This document shows positions 26,933 through 37,680 of a DNA stretch of 64,000 nucleotides, piece after piece. Source of the DNA: an uncultured Candidatus Saccharibacteria bacterium (lineage in GTDB: Bacteria; Patescibacteriota; Doudnabacteria; UBA920); NCBI GenBank assembly GCA_964532425.1, contig CAZHIA010000005.1:66772-130771 (forward strand). Direction: 5' to 3'. A program made the position numbers and the translations under genes. Below the pieces are notes generated by a model, which ran no database searches, was not told the origin of the DNA, and saw only the letters and a list, made by a program, of their open reading frames with translations. Every line of letters begins with the position of its first letter. The stretch's first letter is position 1.

Positions 26933-28435
26933 TTATTTTACTGTCTGTAAGAACTGATCGATCGCGGTCTTGAGCTTCGCTTCCGTACTTTCGGATAATT
27001 CCTTCGTTTCGCGAATTTCCTTTAAGACATCCTTGGCGTTAGTCTCCATAAAGGAATGGAATTTCGCTTCGGCTTCAGCGATCTTATCAACCGGGATGAC
27101 ATTAAAATGCCCATTACCCACGGCGTACAGGATGGTGACTTCTTTTTCGAGAGAGTACGGAGTATACTGGGGCTGTTTCAAGACTTCGGTCATGCGGCGT
27201 CCGAGATCCAGCTGGCGCTGTGTCTCAGGGTCCAGGTCAGAACCAAACTGGGCAAAGGCTTCGAGCTCGCGGAATTGGGCCAGGGACAGTTTGAGCTTAC
27301 CAGCCACCTTTTTCATAGCCTTAGTCTGTGCGGAAGATCCGACACGGGAGACGGAAATACCGATGTTCAAAGCCGGGCGCACCCCTTTGTAGAACAGATC
27401 GGATTCCAGGAAGATCTGTCCGTCGGTAATGGAAATCACATTGGTTGGGATGTATGCAGAAACATCACCGGCCTGGGTTTCGATAATCGGAAGTGCAGTC
27501 AGGGAACCTCCGCCGAAATCAGGATTCAACTTGGCGGCGCGCTCAAGCAAGCGCGAGTGGAGATAAAACACGTCACCAGGGTAGGCTTCGCGTCCCGGCG
27601 GGCGGCGGAGCAACAAAGAAATTTCACGGTAAGCAACGGCCTGCTTGGAAAGGTCATCGTAAACGATCAAGGCGTCCTTGCCCTGGTCCATGAAATATTC
27701 CCCGATTGCGCAACCAGCATACGGAGCAATGTAGGAAAGAGCGGCCGGTTCGGAAGCGGAAGCGGATACAACAACGGTGTATTCCATGGCGCCGTGCTTT
27801 TCCAATTCGGTCACGATCTTTGCAATCTTGCTTTCCTTTTGACCAATGGCTACATAAATACAGATCATGTTCTGGCCTTTTTGGTTGATGATCGTATCGA
27901 TAGCTACGGCAGTCTTGCCGGTTTGGCGGTCACCGATAATGAGTTCGCGCTGGCCGCGGCCAATGGGAATCAAAGCGTCAATCGCTTTAATACCGGTCTG
28001 CACCGGCTGGCGCACGCCAAGACGCGTAATAACGCCAGGAGCGATTTTTTCTACGGGATAAAACAGGCTGGAGGCAATCGCGCCCTTGCCGTCTTTGGGT
28101 TCACCAAGTGCGGACACGGTTCGACCAATAAGGGCATCTCCGACCGGAACGGACAGAATCTTGCCGGTACTGCGAACCGTATCACCAACTTTAATCTCGT
28201 GGAAATCACCGAGCACGACCGCACCCACCATATCCTCTTCCAGGTTCAAAGCCACTCCGACGATATTATGGCCGAAATCGAGCATTTCCATAGATGCGAC
28301 TTCGGTCAAGCCCGATACCCGAGCCACACCGTCGCCGACTTCGACCACGGTTCCAACCTTCTCGACTTTGACGTCCGGGCTGAACCCGGCGATCTTATCT
28401 TTAAGCTGTTTGACTAATGTGTCTTGTGTTGCCAT
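26933..28435 (-). CDS. atpA: ATP synthase F1 alpha subunit
   Basis: [18 protein letters not shown]. 500 aa. Confidence 0.95.
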   Translation of the reverse strand: MATQDTLVKQLKDKIAGFSPDVKVEKVGTVVEVGDGVARVSGLTEVASMEMLDFGHNIVGVALNLEEDMVGAVVLGDFHEIKVGDTVRSTGKILSVPVGDALIGRTVSALGEPKDGKGAIASSLFYPVEKIAPGVITRLGVRQPVQTGIKAIDALIPIGRGQRELIIGDRQTGKTAVAIDTIINQKGQNMICIYVAIGQKESKIAKIVTELEKHGAMEYTVVVSASASEPAALSYIAPYAGCAIGEYFMDQGKDALIVYDDLSKQAVAYREISLLLRRPPGREAYPGDVFYLHSRLLERAAKLNPDFGGGSLTALPIIETQAGDVSAYIPTNVISITDGQIFLESDLFYKGVRPALNIGISVSRVGSSAQTKAMKKVAGKLKLSLAQFRELEAFAQFGSDLDPETQRQLDLGRRMTEVLKQPQYTPYSLEKEVTILYAVGNGHFNVIPVDKIAEAEAKFHSFMETNAKDVLKEIRETKELSESTEAKLKTAIDQFLQTVK

Positions 28436-28551
28436 ATATTTCTTTCCGATCCGGATTTACAGATGATATCCGGATCAACGGATGACTACGGATCCAGATA
28501 TCCGCAGATATCTGTAGATCTGGATGTATCCGTATATCAGGATCGGGTTAA

Positions 28552-28944
28552 TTATTCCTTTAACGATTGATTAAGATTATGCAACTGAGTCTTCACACTG
28601 GCATCAATGAGCGTATCATCAACTTTCACCACCACGCCACCCACTATACCTTCATCGATCTTAGTCTTGAATTCCGCTTTCCCCTGTACCACCTTGTTCA
28701 ATTCGTGGATAATGTTCGGATTAATCTCGCGCGCGAAGGTTACCTCCGCCTCCTTGATTCCTTGCCGCTTCAGCTGCAAAGACCGGTACGCAGCTTCAAT
28801 CTTGTCATGCAAACCGAGGTCACCGTTGGCTGCCAGGATGCGGACAAAGTTATCGAGAACCTTGCCATGGTCTTTCGGTGCCGTTTCGGAGATGGCATCC
28901 AGCAGGGCTTCGGCGTATTGGGTGGGAGTGAATTTGTTAGACAC
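28552..28944 (-). CDS. atpH: ATP synthase delta subunit (OSCP), short form (130 aa)
   Basis: Operon position plus an OSCP-like helical N-terminal domain. Confidence 0.7.
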   Translation of the reverse strand: MSNKFTPTQYAEALLDAISETAPKDHGKVLDNFVRILAANGDLGLHDKIEAAYRSLQLKRQGIKEAEVTFAREINPNIIHELNKVVQGKAEFKTKIDEGIVGGVVVKVDDTLIDASVKTQLHNLNQSLKE

Positions 28945-29031
28945 AATCGTATTTCCATTGTATTTCTATTTATTTCCATTGTATTTCGAAATATGGCTGA
29001 AATACATTGAAATAAAATTGAAATACTGTTG

Positions 29032-29592
29032 TTAAATGCTCTTAAGAGACTCTTTGATCAGTGCCTCGTCCTTCTTGGCGTCCAGTTTCTGCCTCAGAAT
29101 TTTTTCCGCGGCCTGCGTCACCATGTCGGCAATTTCGGCTTTTGCGCTGGACAAGGCTTTGTCCTTTTCCTGTTTGATCTGCGTCGAAGCTTGCTCAACC
29201 ACCTTCTGTTGTTCTTCCTTGGTCTGGGCAATGGCCCGGTCTTTGGCGGCTCCCGCCTCTGATTGGGCTTTCGTGACGATCTCAGACGCCTGCAGACGCG
29301 CCTTACTCATTTCTTCTTCACGCCACTTGGAGAATTCCTGCTTTTCTTTCTCCACGCGTTCCGCGTCTTGCAGGGATTTTTCTATCCGCTGGGTGCGGGA
29401 TTGAAGGCCCTTCACCAGGCCGGGAAGGATGAGTTTCCAAAAAAGCAGCAATAAAACCGCAAAGTTGACCAACTGAGCAATGAACAACTTGCCGTTCAAG
29501 CCGAGCGTGGCAATGCCGCCCGAAGAAGCACTTTCTGCTGCCACCGCTTCGGATGCTGCATGGGCAACTGGAATAAGAAATTGTATATCCAT
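29032..29592 (-). CDS. atpF: ATP synthase Fo subunit b
   Basis: N-terminal TM followed by a long charged coiled-coil. Confidence 0.85.
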   Translation of the reverse strand: MDIQFLIPVAHAASEAVAAESASSGGIATLGLNGKLFIAQLVNFAVLLLLFWKLILPGLVKGLQSRTQRIEKSLQDAERVEKEKQEFSKWREEEMSKARLQASEIVTKAQSEAGAAKDRAIAQTKEEQQKVVEQASTQIKQEKDKALSSAKAEIADMVTQAAEKILRQKLDAKKDEALIKESLKSI

Positions 29593-29747
29593 AAGTGTGT
29601 TTGAAATACAATGGAAATATATTGAAATAAATGGAAATACAATTGTATATCTACCGTATTTCTACTTTATTTCTATTGTATTTCTGTCGTTAATCTTAAG
29701 TTGTAAATCCCGATAATCGTCACAATGACCATTATCGGTTCTAAAAC

Positions 29748-29993
<246 letters not shown>

Positions 29994-30046
29994 CTATTTG
30001 TGAGGGAGTTTAAAGTCCCGTTGAGCGAAAAAATAATTATTATGAT

Positions 30047-30117
30047 GTCAACATTTGACACCTGACTTTTGACATTTGACCGAAAGGCCACATGTCAATG
30101 GTCAAAGGTTAAATGTT
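30047..30117. repeat. Heptamer TTTGAC-family composite palindrome in the atpB-atpE spacer.
   Basis: catttgac, ttttgac, atttgac on the left. gtcaatg, gtcaaag, ttaaatg on the right. Confidence 0.6.
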
Positions 30118-30126
30118 TGCAATTTG

Positions 30127-31032
30127 TCACACCGTGGGTGTTTCGTCAGTATCCGCGCGTAAGCCGGCAGTTTCCGCTTCCAGCCCGTGTTCGGTGGAAG
30201 CTTCGTGCCCGGCATCATGACCGTGCACTGGTTCGGTAGCCACACTCAAGTACACCAGGGTCAACATGGAAAAAACGGTGGCTTGAATGAAACCCACAAG
30301 CAACTCAAGAAGCATGAACGGGATGGGAATAAAGAAGGCTCCGTATCCGGCAATCAGGGAACCAAGCACGGTGAGCAGTACTTCCCCGGCAAATATATTC
30401 CCGAATAACCGCAAACTGAGGGAAACCATTTTGGCAATTTCAGAAAAAACTTCAATCAACCCGACAAAAAACTCAATAAAGGCTATCATCATATTCATCG
30501 GCTTCAGGCTGGCCACTGCATGCCAGAGATCGCCAACCTTAATGAACTTGTTGGCGTACTTAAAGAACCCGATAGTAACTATTCCTAAAATATGAGAGGC
30601 AATGACCGCAAATACCGCTATAGCTAGGGTCAGATTCAGGTCAGTGTTGGCAGGCCTCAGGAGCGGGATCAATTCGGCGTGTTCGCGAAGGCCGATAGAG
30701 CCCGTACCAGGCAGCAACCCCATCCAGTTGGAAATAAGAATGAAAAAGAAGATACTGCCCACAATAGGCAAGAACTTCAAGCTCTTTTTACGATCGCGGG
30801 TCACGCCGTCAATGTACCCGAGCACAAATTCCAAAAGTGATTCGGCAAAATTGACGATGCCGCGCGGAGCATTGTGTTCCGGCTTCTGTTTATTCAAGGC
30901 GGCTCGCAGAACCAAAGCAAAAACCGCGAAGATCACCAATCCTATCCAGGCATTGATCATGGAGTTGGTGACCGGAAGCGGTCCGAGCGTGAAAATATGT
31001 TCTGCAGCGAGTGGTGGTAAAGCGAGGAGCAT
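30127..31032 (-). CDS. atpB: ATP synthase Fo subunit a
   Basis: LSLRLFGNIFAGE (conserved Arg). Acidic/His-rich C-terminal extension. Confidence 0.9.
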   Translation of the reverse strand: MLLALPPLAAEHIFTLGPLPVTNSMINAWIGLVIFAVFALVLRAALNKQKPEHNAPRGIVNFAESLLEFVLGYIDGVTRDRKKSLKFLPIVGSIFFFILISNWMGLLPGTGSIGLREHAELIPLLRPANTDLNLTLAIAVFAVIASHILGIVTIGFFKYANKFIKVGDLWHAVASLKPMNMMIAFIEFFVGLIEVFSEIAKMVSLSLRLFGNIFAGEVLLTVLGSLIAGYGAFFIPIPFMLLELLVGFIQATVFSMLTLVYLSVATEPVHGHDAGHEASTEHGLEAETAGLRADTDETPTV

Positions 31033-31063
31033 GTGAAGTGTTTGTCTATAAAAGCATTAATTT

Positions 31064-31354
31064 TTATGGCTGCTGAGAGGGCTTTTGACTGCGATCCTGC
31101 CTGTTTTTGACCAGCGCCTGGATCTCCAGGATTTTGCGATACACCCCCAGCGAACTGACGAACAATGCGACTAAAATTCCGATCAAAACAAAAAAGTGGT
31201 GGTTGTATTTCTGATCGAGCCACTTTCCTACGTAAATAAAGGCGACAAGCGGAAGCGCGATAATAACAGCAAATGAGATGCCTGCATCCACCAAGGCATA
31301 CTTCATCAGATGTTCCGCCGAATTTTTTACTTCGGGCTTTTCGTCTTTTTGCAT
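31064..31354 (-). CDS. AtpZ/AtpI-family small membrane protein (ATP synthase operon gene 1)
   Basis: 96 aa with two TM helices. First gene of the atp operon. Confidence 0.6.
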   Translation of the reverse strand: MQKDEKPEVKNSAEHLMKYALVDAGISFAVIIALPLVAFIYVGKWLDQKYNHHFFVLIGILVALFVSSLGVYRKILEIQALVKNRQDRSQKPSQQP

Positions 31355-31369
31355 TTTAACGCGTTAAAT

Positions 31370-31398
31370 TTATAAAATTTTAGAGCTTTTGTCAAGAC
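31370..31398 (-). promoter_or_regulatory. Candidate atp operon promoter (TTGACA-15/17-TATAAAT)
   Basis: Minus-strand TTGACA is the reverse complement of tgtcaa at 31393-31398. An A/T-rich -10 lies downstream. Confidence 0.4.
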
Positions 31399-31448
31399 TC
31401 GTCGAATTGACTCCCCTTGACAAATTGCCGTATCTGCATTCGCTTCGG

Positions 31449-32012
31449 CTACACTGAGCCAAAAATTGCGGCTTTTAACTGACGTTTGCGTTCTGGGTGT
31501 ATCCTGGCCATCAAAACCTCCGCTAAAAATGGCCCGAAATAGCAGTGTGGACTGTCTGAGACCTTTAAAAAATCTTCATACTCAAGATATAAGACGGAAA
31601 TCTTCTCCCCCGCATCCAACTGCTGGGCAGAGACTTGCGTACAGTCGCTGGCCACAAAAAAATAGACCTTTTGAATAACCTTGCCGCTCGGGGAATACGT
31701 TTTCCAGAGTTTAATGCGCTTCGGCTTCAGCCCAGTTTCTTCCCGTAGCTCACGCAGGGCGGCTTTTTTTGGTGTTTCCCCTGCTTTATCCATCCGACCG
31801 CTCGGCAGATCGTAATACCACTCTTTGCGATCAGGCTGCTGCTGTTTCAGTAAAACGATTCTGTCACCGACCGTCGCAACAATAACCACGGTATCCTGCC
31901 GCTTGAGTTTTTCGAAGGTTTTAAAACTGCCGTCGTACATTTTTTGCTGCCAGTGGTAGACATCAAAAATAATACCTTTAAAGACCTTCTGTGCCGATTT
32001 TGGTATAGACAT
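31449..32012 (-). CDS. NUDIX hydrolase
   Basis: Nudix box GRMDKAGETPKKAALRELREETGL. Start at the ATG at 32012 (MSIPKS). Confidence 0.8.
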   Translation of the reverse strand: MSIPKSAQKVFKGIIFDVYHWQQKMYDGSFKTFEKLKRQDTVVIVATVGDRIVLLKQQQPDRKEWYYDLPSGRMDKAGETPKKAALRELREETGLKPKRIKLWKTYSPSGKVIQKVYFFVASDCTQVSAQQLDAGEKISVLYLEYEDFLKVSDSPHCYFGPFLAEVLMARIHPERKRQLKAAIFGSV

Positions 32013-32140
32013 AAAAAAATTCCCCTCTGGGCTGAAGTTTAGCAAAACTCCTACCTTAGTATACACATAATTCTGATGTTTGTATATTATCCTGTATACC
32101 AAATGAGCCGCCCATTACGGGCGGCATCTAAGTTTGAATA

Positions 32141-32216
32141 TGGAGCCGGCTGTCGGACTTGAACCGACCACCTGCGGTTTACGATACCGCTGCTCTACCA
32201 GATGAGCTAAGCCGGC
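32141..32216 (-). tRNA. tRNA-Thr (CGT)
   Basis: GCCGGCTTAGCTCATCTGGTAGAGCAGCGGTATCGTAAACCGCAGGTGGTCGGTTCAAGTCCGACAGCCGGCTCCA. Anticodon loop ATCGTAA. Confidence 0.85.
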
Positions 32217-32247
32217 ACAAACACCTTTAGGGCACTGATGTATTTTA

Positions 32248-33369
32248 TCAAATAAAATACTTTTTGATAAGGGGGTTGAGCCGGGTCACTATTTCGTAAT
32301 GGCTCGTGCCTGCAATATCAGCCAATTCAGAGGCGGTCACCGATTCTTTTCCCTGGGAACCGATCAATACCGTTTCGTCTCCTACTTTTACTTTCGGGAT
32401 GCCTGTCACGTCTACGACTGTCATATCCATAGCCACGCGCCCCAGTACTCTTGCCCGCTGGCCCCGAATGAGCACATGGGCCTTGCTCGAAAACGCACGC
32501 CAATAGCCGTGCCAATACCCAATAGGCAGAATTGCAATGGTAGTATCCCGCTGCAAGGTTTCCGTATAATCGTACCCAATGCGCTGTCCTTTTTTGACTT
32601 GCTTAATCTCTGACACTATGGTTTTCCAGGACAGAATCGGTTTGAGCGGATGCAAAACCTGCCAGGCAGCCTGCGTTTCTTCAGCCGGCCAAAGACCGTA
32701 CAGCGCAATACCGGCTCTGACCAAATCATAATGAGCACCGGGAAAATTGAATGTCCCCCCGCTGGCTCCGGCGTGAACGAGAGGACTAAATCCCGCCTGC
32801 CTGATTACAGCTATCGCCTGCTGTAACTGCTGTATCTGATCGAGCGTGTCAGCAGTATCCCGGGGGTCTTTTGCTACCGCAAAATGCGTAAAAATGCCCT
32901 CTACGCGGGTTTTTTTTGATTTTTTGAGCAATGATACGACTTTGACTAACTGGTCCGGATAAAAGCCTTGCCTATGCATGCCGCTATCGATCTTTACGTG
33001 GATTTTGAGCGCTTTTGTAATCCTCTCCAATGCTTTTAAATTTTCAAAACCGGATATGGTCAAACTGATATCAAACCGGGAAGCGAGCGAAAAATTTTCC
33101 GGTAGCGTATACCCCATGACCAAGATCGGTTTTTTGACACCATTGCTCCGGAGTGCGAGCGCCTCAGTGATCGAATCCACCCCAAGCCAATCAATGCCAA
33201 GGATGGACAATGCCTTGCCCATGCCAACCAGCTCATGTCCATATGCATTGGATTTGATAACCCCCAGCATTTTCGTGCCAGGGGCTAACAGGCTGCGAAT
33301 AGTTTTGTAATTGAAGGAAAGATTGGATTTAGAAATCTCGATCCAAGTTCTGAAGTGCTTGGTTTTCAT
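32248..33369 (-). CDS. alr: alanine racemase
   Basis: PLP-lysine region VIKSNAYGHELVGMG. 373 aa fold-type III. Confidence 0.85.
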   Translation of the reverse strand: MKTKHFRTWIEISKSNLSFNYKTIRSLLAPGTKMLGVIKSNAYGHELVGMGKALSILGIDWLGVDSITEALALRSNGVKKPILVMGYTLPENFSLASRFDISLTISGFENLKALERITKALKIHVKIDSGMHRQGFYPDQLVKVVSLLKKSKKTRVEGIFTHFAVAKDPRDTADTLDQIQQLQQAIAVIRQAGFSPLVHAGASGGTFNFPGAHYDLVRAGIALYGLWPAEETQAAWQVLHPLKPILSWKTIVSEIKQVKKGQRIGYDYTETLQRDTTIAILPIGYWHGYWRAFSSKAHVLIRGQRARVLGRVAMDMTVVDVTGIPKVKVGDETVLIGSQGKESVTASELADIAGTSHYEIVTRLNPLIKKYFI

Positions 33370-33385
33370 GGAGCGTGCATTTGTC

Positions 33386-33416
33386 TGTAGGGGCGGGTTT
33401 GGAACCCACCCCTACG
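33386..33416. promoter_or_regulatory. GC-rich hairpin (gtaggggcgggtt ... aacccacccctac) 17 nt upstream of the alr start.
   Basis: 13-bp stem between the envelope-protein gene end and the alr start. Confidence 0.4.
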
Positions 33417-33435
33417 TGTTTGTGAAAATATCTCT

Positions 33436-35520
33436 TTACTTAATCCCCTGCGGCGACAGCGTATGCAGTCCGGCCTGGTACCCACCAACCTCGCTACCCA
33501 GACAGAATGTCATGGCGTATTCCGACGTTTGCGAACGGGTGTATGTATACGTATTGTTATCGGCCGTACAACCTCCATCCGGCGGAGTGGGCGCTGTAGG
33601 AACCAAGCCTATATATGTCGGGGAAAGCTGCTGCAGATTTTCCGGGTATTGGCTCTTGTCGTTAAAGTACAGTTCAAGCGCGCTCGCCATTTGGCGCACA
33701 TCGGCCAACCGTTTGTAATCTCTGCTCTGCGACCTGCTTTCATTCATTTTTTTGAGTATATCGAGATACTCGGTCGGCGGTTTAAGCTCAACCTTGGTGC
33801 CGTAATTACTATAATCGGTATCAGCACGGAATTCCGCACTGAATTCCAATTTATCGATAAAATTCTGGATCTGCTGCCTCATCTCAGCATCAGCGTCCTG
33901 CTCCACGCCTCCTTGCCGCTCGCACTGTTCCGGCCTCCCCGGACACGGGACGGAAGACTGAATGCCGGCAGGCGTCAATTTTGCGATCCCTGCCCCATAC
34001 CCTCCAGTCGACGAACCGAGACAGAATGTCAGTTCATACGAGGAATAAACAGTTTTACCGTCAGTCGTCGTGGTTTTCTGACCATTTGGCACATACCAGT
34101 AGGAATTATAGTAATCCGTACACTTACCACTCGGCGCGGGAGACGTCGGAACTTTTCCAATATACATCGGCTCCAAGCCCACTGGCTTCCCCGAGCTGTC
34201 TACATCAGGATACCCGGAATGATCGTTAAAATACAGCTCAAGCGCGCTGGCCATTTGACGCACATCGGCCAACCGGGTCGCGTCAGCGGAGGATCCGAAG
34301 TTATCCAGTGAGTCGGCGTTCTTAACAAGCGAAACAACGGAAGGCGCATTTGTGACGAGATGCACTCGATACAATCGGAAGTCTTTTACGCCAACCCACG
34401 TATCGAACTCTTTCACTTCCACCTTATTGATCAGGCTGGCAAGGACGGCTTTCAGGGTGTTCATGTCCTGTTCGGTCACAGAGGAGTCCTTAGACCTGAC
34501 CTTCTCCGCAATCTTGTCGATATACTGGTCGGTTAATTTGGTCAAAGCCTGCTTATCGATCGTATTTTTAAAGTGCAGCGTGCTGGTCTGGTTTATTTTT
34601 TCTCTGCCGACATACTTGTCGACTTTTACAATGGTCGTGTCGTCCCACATTTTCTGCAGTTCCTGCTTAAAGGTGGGGTCAAACATTTCTTGCCAGGCCG
34701 CGGCATCGGATTTGGACTGCTCGTCCGCATTCTTGATGTCCTGCAGATTTATCTTGATCCAATCGTACTTTTTTCCGTCGCTGTCGCTTGAACTCGTCAA
34801 AGCCTGGAGCAACGGATTACTGCCGACATTGATGTATAGATTTTGATTGATCAGCTTAAACGACATGCCGGTTTTGAAACTGGTCATGCCACTGCCTTCA
34901 CCGCTGCTGAACTCATACTGAATATCAACGGATGATTCCGGATTGTTTTGGTCCGCAATGTTGGCATAGGCATCGCCGGTTACCCCGACTTTGATATTCT
35001 TGAAATTAAAGCCGAGTTCGTTCTTTTTATCATCCGGAAGCTGATTCGGATCGGTGTAGGAAACATTGAACTTGGTCTGGGTAATAGACTCTTTCGTCCC
35101 ATGGGCGAATTTGTCCCAAACTTTGGTCGGATTGTTGTAGGCGAATGTGTAATAGGCAAAAGCACCGCCACCGAGTATAACCAAAACAAGCACGGCTACA
35201 ATCGCCATAAGCAGCGTACTCCGCTTGCGCGGGACCTCTTCCTGGACCGGCTGCGCTGGCGTAGCTGCCGCTGCCGGTTGGACTTGCTGCACTGGGCTTA
35301 CAGCCTGAGCAGCGGCTGCGGGAGCAGGCTGGCTTGCTATCGGCTTTTGCTGGACACCACCTATTTTTGGCCACTTGCTCTCCACAAGCGAATCCTGCAG
35401 GAAACTCTCTTCCACGACCTTCGGATCCCAGCCTGCGGCGATCAGGTTCTTTTTAATTTCCGCATCCTGGAGGCCGTGCTCCTTGGCGGCCTTAATGTAA
35501 TTGATTATCTCAATTTCCAT
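33436..35520 (-). CDS. large membrane-anchored extracellular protein with two C-terminal GspG-like pseudopilin domains
   Basis: TM at about residues 100-125. ATRLADVRQMASALELYFNDHSGYP and KRLADVRQMASALELYFNDKSQYP repeats. Confidence 0.65.
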   Translation of the reverse strand: MEIEIINYIKAAKEHGLQDAEIKKNLIAAGWDPKVVEESFLQDSLVESKWPKIGGVQQKPIASQPAPAAAAQAVSPVQQVQPAAAATPAQPVQEEVPRKRSTLLMAIVAVLVLVILGGGAFAYYTFAYNNPTKVWDKFAHGTKESITQTKFNVSYTDPNQLPDDKKNELGFNFKNIKVGVTGDAYANIADQNNPESSVDIQYEFSSGEGSGMTSFKTGMSFKLINQNLYINVGSNPLLQALTSSSDSDGKKYDWIKINLQDIKNADEQSKSDAAAWQEMFDPTFKQELQKMWDDTTIVKVDKYVGREKINQTSTLHFKNTIDKQALTKLTDQYIDKIAEKVRSKDSSVTEQDMNTLKAVLASLINKVEVKEFDTWVGVKDFRLYRVHLVTNAPSVVSLVKNADSLDNFGSSADATRLADVRQMASALELYFNDHSGYPDVDSSGKPVGLEPMYIGKVPTSPAPSGKCTDYYNSYWYVPNGQKTTTTDGKTVYSSYELTFCLGSSTGGYGAGIAKLTPAGIQSSVPCPGRPEQCERQGGVEQDADAEMRQQIQNFIDKLEFSAEFRADTDYSNYGTKVELKPPTEYLDILKKMNESRSQSRDYKRLADVRQMASALELYFNDKSQYPENLQQLSPTYIGLVPTAPTPPDGGCTADNNTYTYTRSQTSEYAMTFCLGSEVGGYQAGLHTLSPQGIK

Positions 35521-35544
35521 ATACGTGCATAATTATTTTGTTTT

Positions 35545-36435
35545 TTAAATTTTTACGAAAATATGGGTTTTGTAATTTTGCCTCTGCTGTTCGAACCATT
35601 TGGAAAAATCGGAGGTTTTCACGAAGATTTGCTTTATGTGCAGGCGCGTGCCTCCGTCCATTCCCCCATTGTCATGGCCGGCTACTTTGACCAGATGCAG
35701 GCCGTACCGGCTGGAGATTAATTTCACTTCACCGTCGCTTGTTCCGTCAAGTTGTTCCTTGAATTCAGGGAGAAGTTCCTGGATATCCAAAAAACCTAAA
35801 TCCCCTTCCAGCTGCTTACTGGCGGTGTCTTCGCTCTGCTGGTTCGCTAGGGTTTCGAATGAAGTTCCTGCCTGGAGACTTTGCTGCAGGGATGCAACTT
35901 TTTTATATGCCTGATCATTGAGCATCTGCTGCCGATTGAACCATAAGTTTAAGTCCAGCCAGAGCTGCTGCGGTCTCATGATGTTATTCTTGAACTCGGC
36001 CTTCGTAAGACCGTTCTGATCCAGGAAAGACTGAAATCCGTTCGGCTCCCGGGCATTCATCTGCCTTTCGGCTTCCGCAGCTCCGGTTTCTATTTCACGG
36101 TTGGAGACCGATACTCCGTGCCTGGCCGCAACCAGTGAAACTTCCTGCTCGCGGACCAGTTGACGGAATATCTGTTCTTTGGCATTCGCCATATTAAAAT
36201 CGGCACGGCCGGAATACACACGTTCAGCTACGGTTAACCGCTGGTAAAAATCGCGTGTCTTAATGAACTTACCCCCAACTTCCGCGAGCGGATACGGGAT
36301 AGCGTGCAAGATCGATTCTTTTAGCTGGCCTGCTGGCGCATATCGAAGCCAGGCTACCCCCAGCAGCATGAGTACAAGCACAGTAAAAAGGCTGGCGAAA
36401 AAAATTTTTAATACTGCGCGGCGTTTCTTATGCAT
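35545..36435 (-). CDS. peptidyl-prolyl cis-trans isomerase (parvulin/PpiC-type, SurA/PrsA-like)
   Basis: N-terminal TM, SurA-N-like helical region, parvulin domain GDLGFLDIQELLPEFKEQL...LISSRYGLHLVKV. Confidence 0.75.
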   Translation of the reverse strand: MHKKRRAVLKIFFASLFTVLVLMLLGVAWLRYAPAGQLKESILHAIPYPLAEVGGKFIKTRDFYQRLTVAERVYSGRADFNMANAKEQIFRQLVREQEVSLVAARHGVSVSNREIETGAAEAERQMNAREPNGFQSFLDQNGLTKAEFKNNIMRPQQLWLDLNLWFNRQQMLNDQAYKKVASLQQSLQAGTSFETLANQQSEDTASKQLEGDLGFLDIQELLPEFKEQLDGTSDGEVKLISSRYGLHLVKVAGHDNGGMDGGTRLHIKQIFVKTSDFSKWFEQQRQNYKTHIFVKI

Positions 36436-36436
36436 G

Positions 36437-36811
36437 TTAATGTGAATTTAGAAAATAGTCCCACCATTTCCGGGCATTGTTCGGTTTGCCTGAGGTAGTT
36501 TGGGCCTGGACTGCCGGCTGGGAGACGCCACTGTCCGAAAAGCTGTATACCAACTCGCCATCCTTTTTTAAGTTTAATTGCTGACGTGCCACGCGTTCAC
36601 GAAAACTGTCGGAATTGAAGTATGAGATGGATTCGCTCAATTCCCGGTTCTTCTGTTCAAGCGCGGCGGCTTGTTGTGCTAGGGTATTTTTTTCCGCTTC
36701 GATTGCTTTTTGCTGGCGGTATTGCCTGAATTTAAGATTTCCAAAAAATACCAGAAGCCCCACCATGAGAATGACCGCTATTTTGGATGAAGCAAACCCC
36801 GCTATTTTCAT
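36437..36811 (-). CDS. ftsB: septum formation initiator (FtsB/DivIC-like)
   Basis: Single TM then coiled-coil QQKAIEAEKNTLAQQAAALEQKNRELSESISYF. Confidence 0.6.
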   Translation of the reverse strand: MKIAGFASSKIAVILMVGLLVFFGNLKFRQYRQQKAIEAEKNTLAQQAAALEQKNRELSESISYFNSDSFRERVARQQLNLKKDGELVYSFSDSGVSQPAVQAQTTSGKPNNARKWWDYFLNSH

Positions 36812-36821
36812 AATCTTTGAT

Positions 36822-37505
36822 TTACACTATTTTGCGTTTCTGCTGAAATTTGCCTGCCTGTTTTTCCGGTGGCCAAAGGTTGTCTGCCATTTTTTTGAGC
36901 GTATGCACATCGCGCGGACTGGCCTGCTTTTTTTCGGCATCCAGACGACCACCTGGGGCGTGCCGCCTGGGAACTTCCGTTTGTGTTGTGGGCTTTTGTT
37001 CCGATGAAGACTCGGGCGTTTCGCCGATTTGATGGCGGCCGACAAGTTGCTGTAGGAATCCGTTCAATTCTTCGGGATTACGGACGTCCTCCAAACTTAT
37101 GAATTGATGCACGCCTCTCACATACACATCCACACATCCATAATGCAGCAGGGATGATAACAAACCGCGTGTCCTATACTGTAAATGGCTGATATTCTCC
37201 AAAGGAATATCGCTTACTGTTTTTTGGAATATCGTTCGGTAATTTACCTTTATGATCCTGCGATCGGTAATCACAAGGGCGTTCAATAGCCATAAGACAT
37301 ATCGATTAATCCCATAGAGCAGCACTGCGACAGTCCAGGCTAAAAGCGCGAGCCGCCATTCATACAGCATGTCATTCGTCAGCAGCAGCCATACTGGCAC
37401 ATACAACGCTACACAAATGGCCAGGACTGGTTTTAATAGCATCCATTCGGTCGTACGCTGAAGCCGCAGGGGCTTTTCGTCCTGGTGGAGTGTAAACGTG
37501 AACAT
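36822..37505 (-). CDS. membrane protein with a bacterial PH (bPH_2/YdbT-like) domain
   Basis: Two TM helices then ITDRRIIKVNYRTIFQKTVSDIPLENISHLQY. Confidence 0.5.
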   Translation of the reverse strand: MFTFTLHQDEKPLRLQRTTEWMLLKPVLAICVALYVPVWLLLTNDMLYEWRLALLAWTVAVLLYGINRYVLWLLNALVITDRRIIKVNYRTIFQKTVSDIPLENISHLQYRTRGLLSSLLHYGCVDVYVRGVHQFISLEDVRNPEELNGFLQQLVGRHQIGETPESSSEQKPTTQTEVPRRHAPGGRLDAEKKQASPRDVHTLKKMADNLWPPEKQAGKFQQKRKIV

Positions 37506-37515
37506 GGCCCGATAG

Positions 37516-37620
37516 CTACCTTAAGAATGAGCCGCCGAATAAGGCGATTACCATAGACAAGACCACGACAACCATAACAACGACCATGATCTTTTCTAAA
37601 CGTTTGCGATTTCTAAACAT
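37516..37620 (-). CDS. possible 34-aa single-TM peptide (MFRNRKRLEKIMVVVMVVVVLSMVIALFGGSFLR)
   Basis: Found by eye, 12 nt upstream of the PH-domain gene. No SD. Confidence 0.2.
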   Translation of the reverse strand: MFRNRKRLEKIMVVVMVVVVLSMVIALFGGSFLR

Positions 37621-37680
37621 ATATATATATTGTACCATAAATAGAGCCCCGGCGTGAAAAACGCCAGGGCTGGGATGATT

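Noticed and set aside
27056-28417. 453-aa plus-strand ORF
   Set aside because: It is antisense to atpA, whose translation has unambiguous F1-alpha motifs. The antisense translation is low-complexity and not protein-like.
34948-35532. 194-aa plus-strand ORF and other antisense ORFs inside the 694-aa envelope gene
   Set aside because: The envelope protein reading frame shows TM, GspG-like repeats and a long continuous ORF. The antisense frames look random.
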